DNA of 64,000 bases from the NCBI GenBank assembly GCA_041390625.1, contig JAWKPM010000005.1, positions 128,178 to 192,177 of the forward strand, read 5' to 3'. The DNA is from Dehalococcoidia bacterium. Lineage in GTDB: Bacteria > Chloroflexota > Dehalococcoidia > UBA2979. A program made the position numbers and the translations under genes. The notes below the pieces were generated by a model, which saw only the letters and a program-made list of their open reading frames with translations, did not search any database and had not been told where the DNA came from. This document shows, piece by piece, positions 50,957 through 60,480 of the stretch; position 1 is the first letter of the stretch; every line of letters begins with the position of its first letter.

Positions 50957-53329
50957 CTAGTGCAGGCGGAGGCGGCGGAGACGCAGGGAGTTCGTCATCA
51001 CGGAGACGGACGACAGCGCCATCGCGATCGCGGCCACGATCGGGTTCAGGAAGCCGTCGTGGCCGAACACGGGGCTCAGCAGCGTCGGGACCTCGACCTC
51101 GAGCAGCGCGTGGAAGGCGACGTAGCCGAGGCCGGCGGCGACCGGGATGAGCGCGAGGTTGTAGCCGAACGCCCAGCCGAGGTTCTGGTGCATGACGCGC
51201 ATGGTCGCGCGTGAGACCTCGATGGCGGTCGCAACGGCGCCAATGTCGGCGCGCATGAGCGTGACGGGCGCTGTCTCCATCGCGACGTCCGTGCCGGTGC
51301 CGACGGCCATGCCGACATCGGCCGTGGCGAGCGCGGGGGCGTCGTTGATGCCGTCGCCGACCATGGCGACGACACGCCCGGCCTCCTGCAGCTCGCGGAC
51401 AATGCGCGCCTTGTCCTCGGGACGGACTTCGGCCTCGACGCGGTCGATGCCGGCCTGCCGAGCGATCGTCTCGGCGGTGGCACGGCGGTCGCCCGTCAGC
51501 ATGACGACCTCGACGCCGAGCTCGCGCAGGCGGGCCACGCCGTCCGCCGTCGTCGGACGGATGCGGTCGGCGACGACGAGCACGCCGGCGGCCACGCCAT
51601 CGATGGCGACGAGGAGGGGCGTTTCGCCTCGAGACTCCGCGGCGGCGACGGGCTTCGTCAGCGGCGTGTGGTCGACCTCCCGCCCCTCGAGGAGGGCGGC
51701 GTTGCCGATGAGGACGTGGCGGCCCTCGATGTCGGCCGCGACGCCCTGACCGGTGACGGAGAGGAAGGTGTCGGGCCACGCGAGTTCGATGTTGCGTCCG
51801 ACGGCGGCGCGCACGACGGCTTCGGCGTAAGGGTGCTGCGAACCGCGCTCGATGGAGGCGGTGAGGCGAAGGAGGGTGACCTCGGTGATACCCATCCCCT
51901 CGGCCGGGACGATGTTGGTGAGGTCAGGCTTGCCCTCGGTGACGGTGCCGGTCTTGTCGAGCACGACGGTGTCGATGCCTCGGGCCTGCTCGAGGGCGGC
52001 GGCATCACGGATGAGGACGCCGGCCTGGGCCGCGCGGCCGGTCCCGACCATGATCGCCGTCGGCGTCGCGAGTCCGAGGGCGCAGGGGCAGGCGATGATC
52101 AGCACGGCAACCATGTTGAGCACCGCGAAGGTGAAGGCGGGGTCCGGCCCGAGCAGCCACCACGCCACGAACGTGAGCGCGGCGATGCTCATCACGGCAG
52201 GCACGAAGATGGCGGCGATGCGGTCGGCGAGGCGCTGAATGGGCGCCTTCGAGCCCTGTGCGTCCTCGACGAGGCGAACGATGCGCGCGAGAGCGGAGTC
52301 GGCGCCGACAGCGGTGGCGCGCACGCGCAGCACGCCCACCGTGTTCATGGTCGCGCCAAACACCTCGTCACCGAATGCCTTCGCCACGGGAACGGACTCG
52401 CCGGTGAGCATTGACTCGTCGACCGTCGAGAGGCCGTCGATGACGAGCCCATCGACGGGGATCTGCTCGCCGGGGCGGACGATCACGACGTCGTCGGGCT
52501 GAACGGCCGCGATCGGGATCTCGAATTCCTGCCCGTCCTCGAGGACGCGGGCGAGCTGCGGCCGGAGCGCGATCAGCGCGCGGACGGAGGCTGCAGTCGC
52601 GCCCTTCGCGCGGGCCTCGAGGAGGCGGCCGAGGAGCACGAAGCCGATGATGGCGGCCGAGGTGTCGAAGAAGACGTGGCCCTTCGGTCCATCGACCGAG
52701 GTGAAGACGTCCGGGGCGAAGGTCGCGACGACCGAGTAGCCGAAGGCGGCCGTCGTGCCGAGGGCGACGAGCGTGTTCATGTCGGACGAGCCGTGCCGGC
52801 CGACCTTCCATGCGCCCTCGTAGAAGCGCCAGCCGGCCCAGAACTGCACGGGCAGCGCGAGCGCGAAGAACGTCGGGTTCAGCACGCGCATCGGGATCTG
52901 GTCGAGGCCGGGGACCCATCTGGTGAGGGGCATCGCGGCGACGAGCACGGCGGCGACGGAGAGCGCGAGGATCGTGCGGCGCTTCAGGTCATCGATCTCG
53001 GCCTGGCGCTCGGCCTCGAGGGCGTCGCGCGCATCGTCCTCGCTGTGCTCGCCGGGGAGGCGCAGCTCGTAGCCGGCCTTCTGCACGGCGGCACGCAGGG
53101 CCTCGACGGGGACGCCGGCGGCATCGACGGTCGCCTCCTCGGTGGCGAGGTTCACGGCGGCGGTCTCGACGCCGGGCACGGAGGCGAGGGCACGCTCGAC
53201 GCGGCGGACGCACGAGGCGCAGGTCATGCCGCGGATCCCGAGGCGGAGGTGCTCGTTCGCGGCGGCGACGGCTGCGGCGGCCTCGCTGTCCGTCTTGTCT
53301 GCGGTGGGGTTGGGAGCGTCGGTGGTCAT
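50957..53329 (-). CDS. copA: copper-translocating P1B-type ATPase
   Basis: 790 aa. N-terminal HMA GMTCASC, TM CPC motif [18 protein letters not shown] phosphorylation site, [10 protein letters not shown]. Confidence 0.9.
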   Translation of the reverse strand: MTTDAPNPTADKTDSEAAAAVAAANEHLRLGIRGMTCASCVRRVERALASVPGVETAAVNLATEEATVDAAGVPVEALRAAVQKAGYELRLPGEHSEDDARDALEAERQAEIDDLKRRTILALSVAAVLVAAMPLTRWVPGLDQIPMRVLNPTFFALALPVQFWAGWRFYEGAWKVGRHGSSDMNTLVALGTTAAFGYSVVATFAPDVFTSVDGPKGHVFFDTSAAIIGFVLLGRLLEARAKGATAASVRALIALRPQLARVLEDGQEFEIPIAAVQPDDVVIVRPGEQIPVDGLVIDGLSTVDESMLTGESVPVAKAFGDEVFGATMNTVGVLRVRATAVGADSALARIVRLVEDAQGSKAPIQRLADRIAAIFVPAVMSIAALTFVAWWLLGPDPAFTFAVLNMVAVLIIACPCALGLATPTAIMVGTGRAAQAGVLIRDAAALEQARGIDTVVLDKTGTVTEGKPDLTNIVPAEGMGITEVTLLRLTASIERGSQHPYAEAVVRAAVGRNIELAWPDTFLSVTGQGVAADIEGRHVLIGNAALLEGREVDHTPLTKPVAAAESRGETPLLVAIDGVAAGVLVVADRIRPTTADGVARLRELGVEVVMLTGDRRATAETIARQAGIDRVEAEVRPEDKARIVRELQEAGRVVAMVGDGINDAPALATADVGMAVGTGTDVAMETAPVTLMRADIGAVATAIEVSRATMRVMHQNLGWAFGYNLALIPVAAGLGYVAFHALLEVEVPTLLSPVFGHDGFLNPIVAAIAMALSSVSVMTNSLRLRRLRLH

Positions 53330-53367
53330 GGTGGGACCTCGGTCGGGTGGTGGTCGGGGTGGTCCGG

Positions 53368-53631
53368 CTACTTGTTGGCGAGCTGATAGAGCTCGACGAG
53401 CTCATCGAGGACGGCGGCGTCGCCGCGCTCGATGCCGTCGACGACGCAGTGGTGCAGATGGCCCTCGAGCATCTTCGATTCGGCCTTCTCGATGGCGCGG
53501 CGCACGGCATACGTCTGCTTGAGCACGTCCACGCAGTAGGTGTCCTGCTCGATCATGCGGCGAACGCCGGCGAGGTGGCCCTCGGCGTACGCGAGGCGCT
53601 TCAGCACATCGGCGCGGGTGTCGGCATCCAT
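53368..53631 (-). CDS. csoR: CsoR/RcnR family metal-sensing transcriptional repressor (copper-sensitive operon repressor)
   Basis: Start set at [13 protein letters not shown] (87 aa). Conserved [28 protein letters not shown]...LEGHLHHC pattern with the Cys/His copper ligands. Confidence 0.8.
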   Translation of the reverse strand: MDADTRADVLKRLAYAEGHLAGVRRMIEQDTYCVDVLKQTYAVRRAIEKAESKMLEGHLHHCVVDGIERGDAAVLDELVELYQLANK

Positions 53632-53669
53632 GCGGGCCTCGATTCTTCGAGTCGTGGGCGCGGGCGCGC

Positions 53670-54215
53670 CTAGTGGTTCGCGCCGTGGTGGGCGTCGACG
53701 GGCGTCGCGAGGGCGACGGGCACGGGCTGGCCCCACGGCATCGTGACGGTCTGGACGTCGAAGGCGTAGGCGCTCGCGTCCTCGAGGGCCGCGCGCAGGC
53801 GGTCCTCGGCGTTCGCGCCGACGACGATCTGGCGGCCACAGCAGCATGACTCGGGCGCCTGCTCGGCCTTCGAGCGGTCGAGGGCAAATCCGGCCTGGCA
53901 CGAGCAGGGGCACGCGTAGTTCACGTCGGCGCCGAGGTCGGTGCGGGTCACGCGGTACTCGGGCACCCACGAGGAGAGATCGACCGCAACGGCGGCAGCA
54001 CCGGGCGCGGGCGCCTCGCCGAGCGGATAGCCCTCGGCCTCGAGGGCGGTGCCGACGGCATCGAGGAGCGCGCCGGAGGCGACCTCGATGGAGAAGGTGC
54101 GGGCGTCCGGATTGCCCTCGATGAAGCGAGCGCCCTCGATGGCGTCGACGGTGCGCTGGATGGTGGCGATGCAGTGGTCACAGGTGATCTCGGGGGAGGA
54201 GAGGAGAAGCTGCAC
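53670..54215 (-). CDS. heavy-metal-associated (CopZ-like) domain fused to a C-terminal cysteine-rich domain
   Basis: 181 aa. N-terminal ITCDHCIATIQ metal-binding loop. C-terminal NYACPCSCQAGF...ESCCCGRQIV Cys cluster. Confidence 0.7.
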   Translation of the reverse strand: MQLLLSSPEITCDHCIATIQRTVDAIEGARFIEGNPDARTFSIEVASGALLDAVGTALEAEGYPLGEAPAPGAAAVAVDLSSWVPEYRVTRTDLGADVNYACPCSCQAGFALDRSKAEQAPESCCCGRQIVVGANAEDRLRAALEDASAYAFDVQTVTMPWGQPVPVALATPVDAHHGANH

Positions 54216-54246
54216 GCGGGATCCTTTCCGGTTCGGAAGCCAAGTG

Positions 54247-54265
54247 TACCCCTCCCCGGGGGGTA
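54247..54265. promoter_or_regulatory. CsoR operator-like pseudo-palindrome TACCCCTCCCCGGGGGGTA upstream of the copZ-like/csoR/copA operon
   Basis: Matches the TACCC-N-GGGGGTA(TGG) architecture of known CsoR boxes. Lies about 32 bp upstream of the GTG start at 54215. Confidence 0.55.
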
Positions 54266-54368
54266 TGGGTCAACTCCGGCAGGATGGCGGCGGTCCCGAT
54301 AGCGAGGCCAGGCGCTAGGGTGGCTGGCGGCGACGGAACGAGCGGCGTCCGAGGGAACGGGTTCGCTG

Positions 54369-55700
54369 TTGCGGGTGCGCTGGCCCACGCGGTCGCTGCC
54401 GCGATCGCTCATGTTCCTGCCGCTGGGGCAGCCGGAGCGGCCGTGGCCGTTCCGCAACCGTCTGCCCACGAACCACCCTCGCACTTCGTTTCAGACGCGG
54501 GTCCTCGGGACGCGCTCGCTGCGCGCGTTCTTCCTCGACGGGATGCTGGCGGCGGGCTCGGACGTGGCGCCGCTGCAGTTCCTCACGCTGTACGCACTGG
54601 CGCTGGGCGCCTCGGCGGCGCAAGTCGGGCTGATCGCCACGGCCTCGGGACTGGCGGCGGCGCTCGCACTGCCGGTGGGCGTGTGGTGGGTGGACCGCTC
54701 GACGCGCCTGAAGCCGATCGTGCTGCTGGGCGGCCGAGGCGGCACGCACGTCACGCTGACGCTGCTCGCTCTGCTGCCGCTCGCGTTGAACGGTGCGAGT
54801 GCGGTGTGGGCGCTGATCGGGCTCGCAGCGCTGCGCTGGTTCTTCGGGATGGTGTCGCACCCCGCGTGGACGGCGATCGTCACCAAGGTCGTGCCCGTCG
54901 ACGTGCGGCGGCTCTACATCTCGAGGCGAATGCTGGGGATGACGGTGGTGACGGTCATCGCCGCGCCGGCCGTCGGCCTCGTGATCGGGCGGATCGGCGG
55001 CATCGAGGGCTACCAGGCGGCGTTCGGCCTCGCGGCGGTGCTGGGCTTCGGCAGCACGTTCGCGTACTCGCGGATCGAGGAGCCGGCGGAGGACGCGACG
55101 GTCGCCGCACCTCGAGGGTCGTATCGGGAGATGCTGCGCGACGCGGCGTTCCGGCGGGTGCTGGCAGCGACGTTCCTGCTGTACGGCTTCACGATGGTCG
55201 CCGGACCGTTCTTCGCGGTGTACCTCGTGCGGACGCTCGGCGCGTCGCCGGAGCAGGTGGGCGCGCTCGCGGCCGTCGACGGCACCTCGGCGGTGGTGGG
55301 GCAGGCGCTGGCGGGGGTGCTGGCGGTGCGCTTCGGGTCGCGGTGCATCCTGGTGGGGTCGCTGGCGGTGATCCCGATGCTGCCGCTGATCTGGTGGCTC
55401 ATCGACTCGCCCTGGCAGGCCGCGATCCCGAACGCCATCGGGGGCGGCGCGTGGGCCTTCTACAACCTCGCGATCTTCAACGTGGTGCTGGAGCTGGCGC
55501 CGACGACGAACGTGCCTCGATACGCGGCGGCGCAGCAGGCGGCGGTCCAGGTGGCGTCGTTCGTGGGGCCGCTGGCGGGGACGGTGGTCGTCGCCTCGTG
55601 GGGGGTGCGAGCGGCGTTCCTGGTCTCGGGCTTCGGGCGGCTGTTGGCGCTCACGATCCTCGTGTGGCCGGGCCGGAGCTCGAGGGGTGACGGGCGCTAG
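54369..55700 (+). CDS. MFS transporter
   Basis: 443 aa as listed. Likely true start at MFLPLG (54411). 12 TM helices. Confidence 0.75.
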   Translation: MRVRWPTRSLPRSLMFLPLGQPERPWPFRNRLPTNHPRTSFQTRVLGTRSLRAFFLDGMLAAGSDVAPLQFLTLYALALGASAAQVGLIATASGLAAALALPVGVWWVDRSTRLKPIVLLGGRGGTHVTLTLLALLPLALNGASAVWALIGLAALRWFFGMVSHPAWTAIVTKVVPVDVRRLYISRRMLGMTVVTVIAAPAVGLVIGRIGGIEGYQAAFGLAAVLGFGSTFAYSRIEEPAEDATVAAPRGSYREMLRDAAFRRVLAATFLLYGFTMVAGPFFAVYLVRTLGASPEQVGALAAVDGTSAVVGQALAGVLAVRFGSRCILVGSLAVIPMLPLIWWLIDSPWQAAIPNAIGGGAWAFYNLAIFNVVLELAPTTNVPRYAAAQQAAVQVASFVGPLAGTVVVASWGVRAAFLVSGFGRLLALTILVWPGRSSRGDGR

Positions 55701-55704
55701 GAAA

Positions 55705-55740
55705 CGAATGAGCCGCCGGTTGCCCGGCGGCTCATTCGTG
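55705..55740. terminator. perfect 16-bp stem hairpin (ACGAATGAGCCGCCGG ttgc CCGGCGGCTCATTCGT) between convergent MFS and Lys/Ala-rich genes; candidate bidirectional terminator
   Basis: Read directly. Located 5 bp after the MFS stop and 18 bp after the minus-strand gene stop. Confidence 0.5.
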
Positions 55741-55757
55741 GTGTGACCGAGGTCGGA

Positions 55758-56033
55758 CTAGCGGCCTCGAGCGGCGGTGCGGGCAGCCGGCTTCGCGGCA
55801 GCGCGGACCGGGGCCTTCTTCACCGCGGCCTTGGCGGCCGGCTTCGCAGCAGCCTTGGCGACCGGCTTCGCGGCGACCTTCTTCGCGGGAGCCTTCGCGG
55901 CGGTGGCCTTCGAGGCGACCTTGGCGGCCGGCTTCGCGGCAGCCTTCGCGACCGGCTTGGCGACGGCCTTCGTGGTGGCCTTCGAGGCGACCTTGGCGGC
56001 GGGCTTGGCAGCGGTGCGAGACGCGGCCTTCAC
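55758..56033 (-). CDS. Lys/Ala/Pro-rich histone H1-like (AlgP/Hc-type tail-only) DNA-binding protein
   Basis: 91 aa from GTG (MKAASRTAAKPAAKVASKATTKAVAKPVAKAAAKPAAK...). Whole protein is AK(P) repeats like the C-terminal tail of actinobacterial HupB/Hlp. Upstream in-frame extension lacks canonical start. Confidence 0.55.
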   Translation of the reverse strand: MKAASRTAAKPAAKVASKATTKAVAKPVAKAAAKPAAKVASKATAAKAPAKKVAAKPVAKAAAKPAAKAAVKKAPVRAAAKPAARTAARGR

Positions 56034-56430
56034 GGGAGCCTTGGCCGTCGCGCGGGCCGGAGCCTTGGCCGCGGCCTTTGCGGGAGCCTTCTTTGTGGTG
56101 ACCAGCTGAGTGTCCTTTCTCTTGGTCTCTTGGCCGGTCTGAAACTCTCGTCAGCCCGGTCTCCGATGTCATGATAACGCGGGTGACAGTGTGACAGTTA
56201 CCCGATCGCATCGGAGAAACCGAGGATTCTTCCGACGGAGTGCAAGAGAGCGCGCGACGACCGTGGCGCCTCGGGCGCACTCAGCGAGCGACGAACGATC
56301 CGAAATACGAGGCGGAGACTGGGGTTTCGAGGAGGAAAGTCGGGAGCGGCGATCGTGTGGCGGGGCCGCGGGCGATAGGCCCCGCCACACAGGAGCTGAC
56401 GGTGCGAGCGTTCCTCGGTGCGAGGCCTCG

Positions 56431-56856
56431 CTAGGGAAGCACGACGACGGCGTGCCCGGGGCAGGTGCCGTTGCCGTCCTGGTTGACGACGTTCATGTCG
56501 AGGTAGACGCGGTTCTCGCCGTCCTCGACCTTCTTCTCCGTGACCTTGCCAGTCACGGTGAGCACGTCGTTCTTCTGGTTGATGGCGCGGAACTGGACGC
56601 CGCACTCGCGGATCTCGGCCTCGTCGCCGATCCAGTCGCGGAGGGCGTTCAGCATGTAGGTGTAGCGCAGGTTGCCCATGCCGAAGGCACCCTGCTCGTT
56701 GAGGGCGGCCTTGCCGGCCTCGTCGTCCATGTGGATGTAGACGAACTCGTCGTTGACGGCCGCGTAGCGGTTCCAGTTCATGAAGTCGGTCTGGCGCGAC
56801 CAGGCCGGGATCTCGTCGCCGACGTTCACGTCCGCGAACTTCACGTTGACTGCCAT
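56431..56856 (-). CDS. MaoC-like (R)-specific enoyl-CoA hydratase / hotdog dehydratase (HadB-like)
   Basis: 141 aa. MaoC dehydratase pattern. Confidence 0.8.
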   Translation of the reverse strand: MAVNVKFADVNVGDEIPAWSRQTDFMNWNRYAAVNDEFVYIHMDDEAGKAALNEQGAFGMGNLRYTYMLNALRDWIGDEAEIRECGVQFRAINQKNDVLTVTGKVTEKKVEDGENRVYLDMNVVNQDGNGTCPGHAVVVLP

Positions 56857-56896
56857 GTCGTTCCTCCTGTGCTCGAGCCTCGCGGGCGCGAGCGGC

Positions 56897-57391
56897 CTAG
56901 TAGCGGATGCCGGTGGAGATGCGCGTCTTGACGTGCTCGCCGCGCTGGTTGCGCCACTCCGTCTCGGTGTTGGTGAAGAGCGTGAGGCCGAGGCGCGTGG
57001 TGCGCTCGTTCCAGTCCTTCAGTCGCGTGCGCGCGGTGATGACGTCACCGGCGCGAATCGGCACGCCGAAGGTCTCCACCTGGCCGCCGTTCATGCCTCG
57101 AGTGCCGGGGCCGGCGCCGGCGGCCGTGGCGCGGCCAGCGGCGGGCGCGGGGCGGTCGATGGGCCAGGCGAAGGGGTTGAAGTCGTTGGGGGCGATGATG
57201 CCGCCCCACTTGGTGCCCTTGGCGTAGGCCTCGTCCCAGAAGACCTGGGGCGGCTTCTCGGGCCAGTAGGAGGCGATGGCCCACTTGCGGATGTCGGACT
57301 CGGAGACGGGCGGAGCGACGCGCTCGTCGCGCCAAACGCCCTTCTCGGCCTCCATCTCCTTGGTGACGAGTGTTTCGAGCTCAGATGTCAT
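56897..57391 (-). CDS. MaoC-family N-terminal-type hotdog protein (HadA-like non-catalytic partner)
   Basis: 164 aa. Immediately upstream of MaoC dehydratase gene, as in HadAB-type heterodimers. Confidence 0.7.
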   Translation of the reverse strand: MTSELETLVTKEMEAEKGVWRDERVAPPVSESDIRKWAIASYWPEKPPQVFWDEAYAKGTKWGGIIAPNDFNPFAWPIDRPAPAAGRATAAGAGPGTRGMNGGQVETFGVPIRAGDVITARTRLKDWNERTTRLGLTLFTNTETEWRNQRGEHVKTRISTGIRY

Positions 57392-57592
57392 GCGGCTGCC
57401 ACCCCCTTTGAGAATGCTCCGTCCTTGCTCGGGTCGTCGTGACGGGCAGCGGAACTATAACAGTCGCAAGCAAGGGCCGGGCGCGCGCCTCGAGGCCCGG
57501 CGGTGCCGAGTGGAAACGAGGGCAAACCCTCAGTCGTCGAGCGCTTTCGACGCCTCGAGCGGTGGTAGGGTACTCACCAATCGAGGCGAGCC

Positions 57593-59248
57593 ATGGCACC
57601 CGGCCGTCTACCTTCGCGCGACTACATGGATCCGGCCCCGCCTCGACGAGGGCGTGACTACATGTCCGCGCCGGCCTCGAATGGTGCCTCGGCATCTAAC
57701 GGCGCGCATCCCCCAGCCAACGGCAACGGCACGTCCAACGGCGCCTCCAACAACAACGGATACTCGAACGGGAACGGCACCTCGAACGGCGCCACGCGCG
57801 AGGTCGTGAGCCGACGCCTGCCGCCTCGACGGCTGGCCGCCCGCCGCGCCTCGACGAACGGCAACGGCACGGTGGCGCTCTCGCCGCCCTCGGTGGTGGC
57901 GCCCGAGACGGCAGCGGTGCCCGCCCTCGGTGACGGCAACGGCCGAGGTGGCGGCGCGCCGACGGCACCACTCGTCGCGACCGGCGGCGGCCCGCCCGGA
58001 CGGCGGAAGGCGTCGCTGGCGGACGTCTTCGTCTCGTTCCGCGAGCGCGACTTCCGCTACCTCGCGCTGTCGACCCTCGCGGTCGGGTTCGGGCAGTGGG
58101 CGCAGCAGATCGGGCTGTTCTGGCTGGTGCTGGAGCTGACGGGGTCCTCGGCGCAGCTGGGGTTCATCGCGGCGTTCCGAGGCGGCGTGGGAACACTCAT
58201 CGCGCCGATCGGCGGCGTGCTGGCGGACCGCTACTCACGGCGCCTGATCATGGTGTGGTCGACGATCGCCGGCGCACTCCTCGCGGGCGTGCTCGCGGCC
58301 CTTGTGGTGACCGACCTCATCCACGTGTGGCATGCGTACGCCTTCGCGCTGGCCGGCGGCATCCTGCAGTCGATCAACCAGCCGACGCGCCAGGCGTTCG
58401 TGTACGACGTCTCCACGGACGAGACGCTGCCGAACGCGATCGCGATGAACTCGGTGGTGCAGAACGTCTCGCGCGTGACGGGCCCGCCGCTGACCGGCGC
58501 GATGATCGGCTTCCTGGGCGTGGCCTCGCCGTTCATCTTCATCGTAGTGGTCCAGGTGATCGCCTCGGTGATGACGCTGCTGATCAGCCACAACACGAGG
58601 CAGGTGAAGCTGCGCGGGGGCGCGAACCCGTTCCGCCAAATCGGCGAAGGCTTCAAGTACACGTGGCAGGACAAGCGGATCCTCGGACTGGTGATCGTGA
58701 GCGCGATCCCCGCCCTGCTCGTCTACCCGTACATCCCGTTCCTGGCGGTGATCTCCGAGGAAGTGCTCGGGCGCGGAGCGCAGGGCTTCGGGTTCCTCGC
58801 CTCGATGCTCGGGTGGGGCTCGATCGTCGGGCTCATGCTGCTGGCGACGATGGGACCGCGTCTGACCTCGGGCCGCGTGATGCTGTTCTGCTTCACGATC
58901 TACTCGGCGATGCTCATCGGCTTCTCGTGGTCGACGGTGTACCCGCTGTCCCTCGGCATCCTCGCGGTGGCCGGCATCTTCCACTCGATCGGCATGGCGC
59001 TGACCAACACGCTGATCCAGATGGCCGTGCGCAACGAGCTGCGTGGCCGCGTGATGGCGGTGTGGCAGATGACGAACGGCCTGCAGCCGCTCGGATCGGC
59101 GCCGATGGGGCTGCTAGTCGCGGCCGCCGGCCCGTCGATCGGCATCGGCTCGTTCATGATCGCGGCCACGGTGCTGTTCGTGCTGTTCACGGCGACGTGG
59201 GGCTCGGTGCGTCGGATGAAGCCGGCGGTCGGCGCCGCCACCGTCTGA
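57593..59248 (+). CDS. MFS transporter with about 140-aa Asn/Gly/Ser-rich N-terminal low-complexity extension
   Basis: 551 aa. SNGASASNGAHPPANGNGTSNGASNNNGYSNGNGTSNGA then the usual RERDFRYLALSTLAVGFGQWA MFS N-terminus and 12 TM helices. Confidence 0.7.
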   Translation: MAPGRLPSRDYMDPAPPRRGRDYMSAPASNGASASNGAHPPANGNGTSNGASNNNGYSNGNGTSNGATREVVSRRLPPRRLAARRASTNGNGTVALSPPSVVAPETAAVPALGDGNGRGGGAPTAPLVATGGGPPGRRKASLADVFVSFRERDFRYLALSTLAVGFGQWAQQIGLFWLVLELTGSSAQLGFIAAFRGGVGTLIAPIGGVLADRYSRRLIMVWSTIAGALLAGVLAALVVTDLIHVWHAYAFALAGGILQSINQPTRQAFVYDVSTDETLPNAIAMNSVVQNVSRVTGPPLTGAMIGFLGVASPFIFIVVVQVIASVMTLLISHNTRQVKLRGGANPFRQIGEGFKYTWQDKRILGLVIVSAIPALLVYPYIPFLAVISEEVLGRGAQGFGFLASMLGWGSIVGLMLLATMGPRLTSGRVMLFCFTIYSAMLIGFSWSTVYPLSLGILAVAGIFHSIGMALTNTLIQMAVRNELRGRVMAVWQMTNGLQPLGSAPMGLLVAAAGPSIGIGSFMIAATVLFVLFTATWGSVRRMKPAVGAATV

Positions 59249-59309
59249 CCTCGACCCTTCCGATGCCCTATCGTCCCGGCCTCGACCACACGAGGCAGGA
59301 GGGGCAGCC

Positions 59310-59747
59310 GTGCCAGACGACACCATCGAGACCCTTGAGCGGAACGCCTCGACCCTCGAGGCGCTGCGCGTGCTGGCGGCCTCGGTGTCGGATGACGACC
59401 TCGAGCAGTCGCTCGGCGGGGGATGGGTGGTGGCGACGGCGTTCGCACACCTCGCGTTCTGGGACCGGCGGCAGGCGCTGACGATTCGCCGCTACCTCGA
59501 GACGGGCGCGTTCATCGAGGAGGACGAGACGGTCAACCCGAGCATCGAGCCGCTGCTGCTGGCGCTCCCGCCTCGTCGGGCGGTCGAGCTGGCACTCGGC
59601 GCGGGCGAGCTGGTGAACGAGGTGGTCGCGGGCCTCGAAGAGGCGCCGCTGGCCGCGATCGAGGCGAGCGCGCACGCGTACCTCGCGCGGCGGTGGGCGC
59701 ATCGCGAGGAGCACATGGCACAGATCGAGGCCGGGCTGGGGCGCTGA
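59310..59747 (+). CDS. DinB/YfiT-like (DinB_2 / MDMPI N-terminal-like) putative metal-dependent protein
   Basis: 145 aa. His in helix 1 (AHLAFWDRR) and C-terminal HREEHMAQIE pattern. Confidence 0.55.
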   Translation: MPDDTIETLERNASTLEALRVLAASVSDDDLEQSLGGGWVVATAFAHLAFWDRRQALTIRRYLETGAFIEEDETVNPSIEPLLLALPPRRAVELALGAGELVNEVVAGLEEAPLAAIEASAHAYLARRWAHREEHMAQIEAGLGR

Positions 59748-59800
59748 CGCCCGGGCCTGCTGCTCACAGGGCCACCGAGGCAGGCTGATATGCTCGGGCC

Positions 59801-60463
59801 ATGCTGACACATCTGATCGCGCATCCCGGCGGGAACGAGCCGCTGCCGACGGTGCTGGCGCTGCACGGGCACGGCGCGCACGGGCAGGACCTGATCGGGC
59901 TGGCGCCGCACCTTGCGGGTGGGCGCACGCTGTGGATCTGCCCGCAGGCGGAGTTCCCGGTGGAGCCGGGTTTCTACGGCTTCACCTGGTTCGAGCGGGA
60001 CGCGAACGGACAGCGCGCCTCGAGCGAGCCGGAGCGCACCCTCGGGGTGCTGCGCGAGTTCATCGATGAGGCGTTCGAGCGCTACCCGGTGGACCGCGAG
60101 CGGGTGGTGCTGCTGGGGTTCAGCCAGGGCGGGATGCTGGCGTACCGCATCGCGCTATCGGAGCCTCGGCGGTTCAAGGGGCTGGCCGCGCTCAGCACAA
60201 CGCTGTCCGAGGAGATGGCGGCGGGCCTCGTCCTGGGCGAGGGCGCCTCGGAGCTGCCGGTGCTCGTCCAGCACGGCCTCGATGACCCGATGATCACGAT
60301 CGACCGCGCGCGCGAGACACGCGACCGCCTGGAGGCACTGGGACTCGACGCCGAGTACCACGAGTACTCGATGGGGCACGCGATCGGGCAGGAGAGCGCG
60401 CTCGACCTCAATCGCTGGCTCGAGTCGGTGCTCGGGCTCGGCGCCAGCGCGGGGCTCGTCTAG
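59801..60463 (+). CDS. phospholipase/carboxylesterase family alpha/beta hydrolase
   Basis: 220 aa. Nucleophile GFSQGG. C-terminal His in HEYSMGHAIG. Confidence 0.75.
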   Translation: MLTHLIAHPGGNEPLPTVLALHGHGAHGQDLIGLAPHLAGGRTLWICPQAEFPVEPGFYGFTWFERDANGQRASSEPERTLGVLREFIDEAFERYPVDRERVVLLGFSQGGMLAYRIALSEPRRFKGLAALSTTLSEEMAAGLVLGEGASELPVLVQHGLDDPMITIDRARETRDRLEALGLDAEYHEYSMGHAIGQESALDLNRWLESVLGLGASAGLV

Positions 60464-60480
60464 CCGCGTCGGTTCTGCCC

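Noticed and set aside
55732-56280. Alternative R/G-rich 182-aa frame overlapping the Lys/Ala-rich gene
   Set aside because: Same DNA read in another frame. The AK-repeat frame has the protein-like periodicity and a GTG start.
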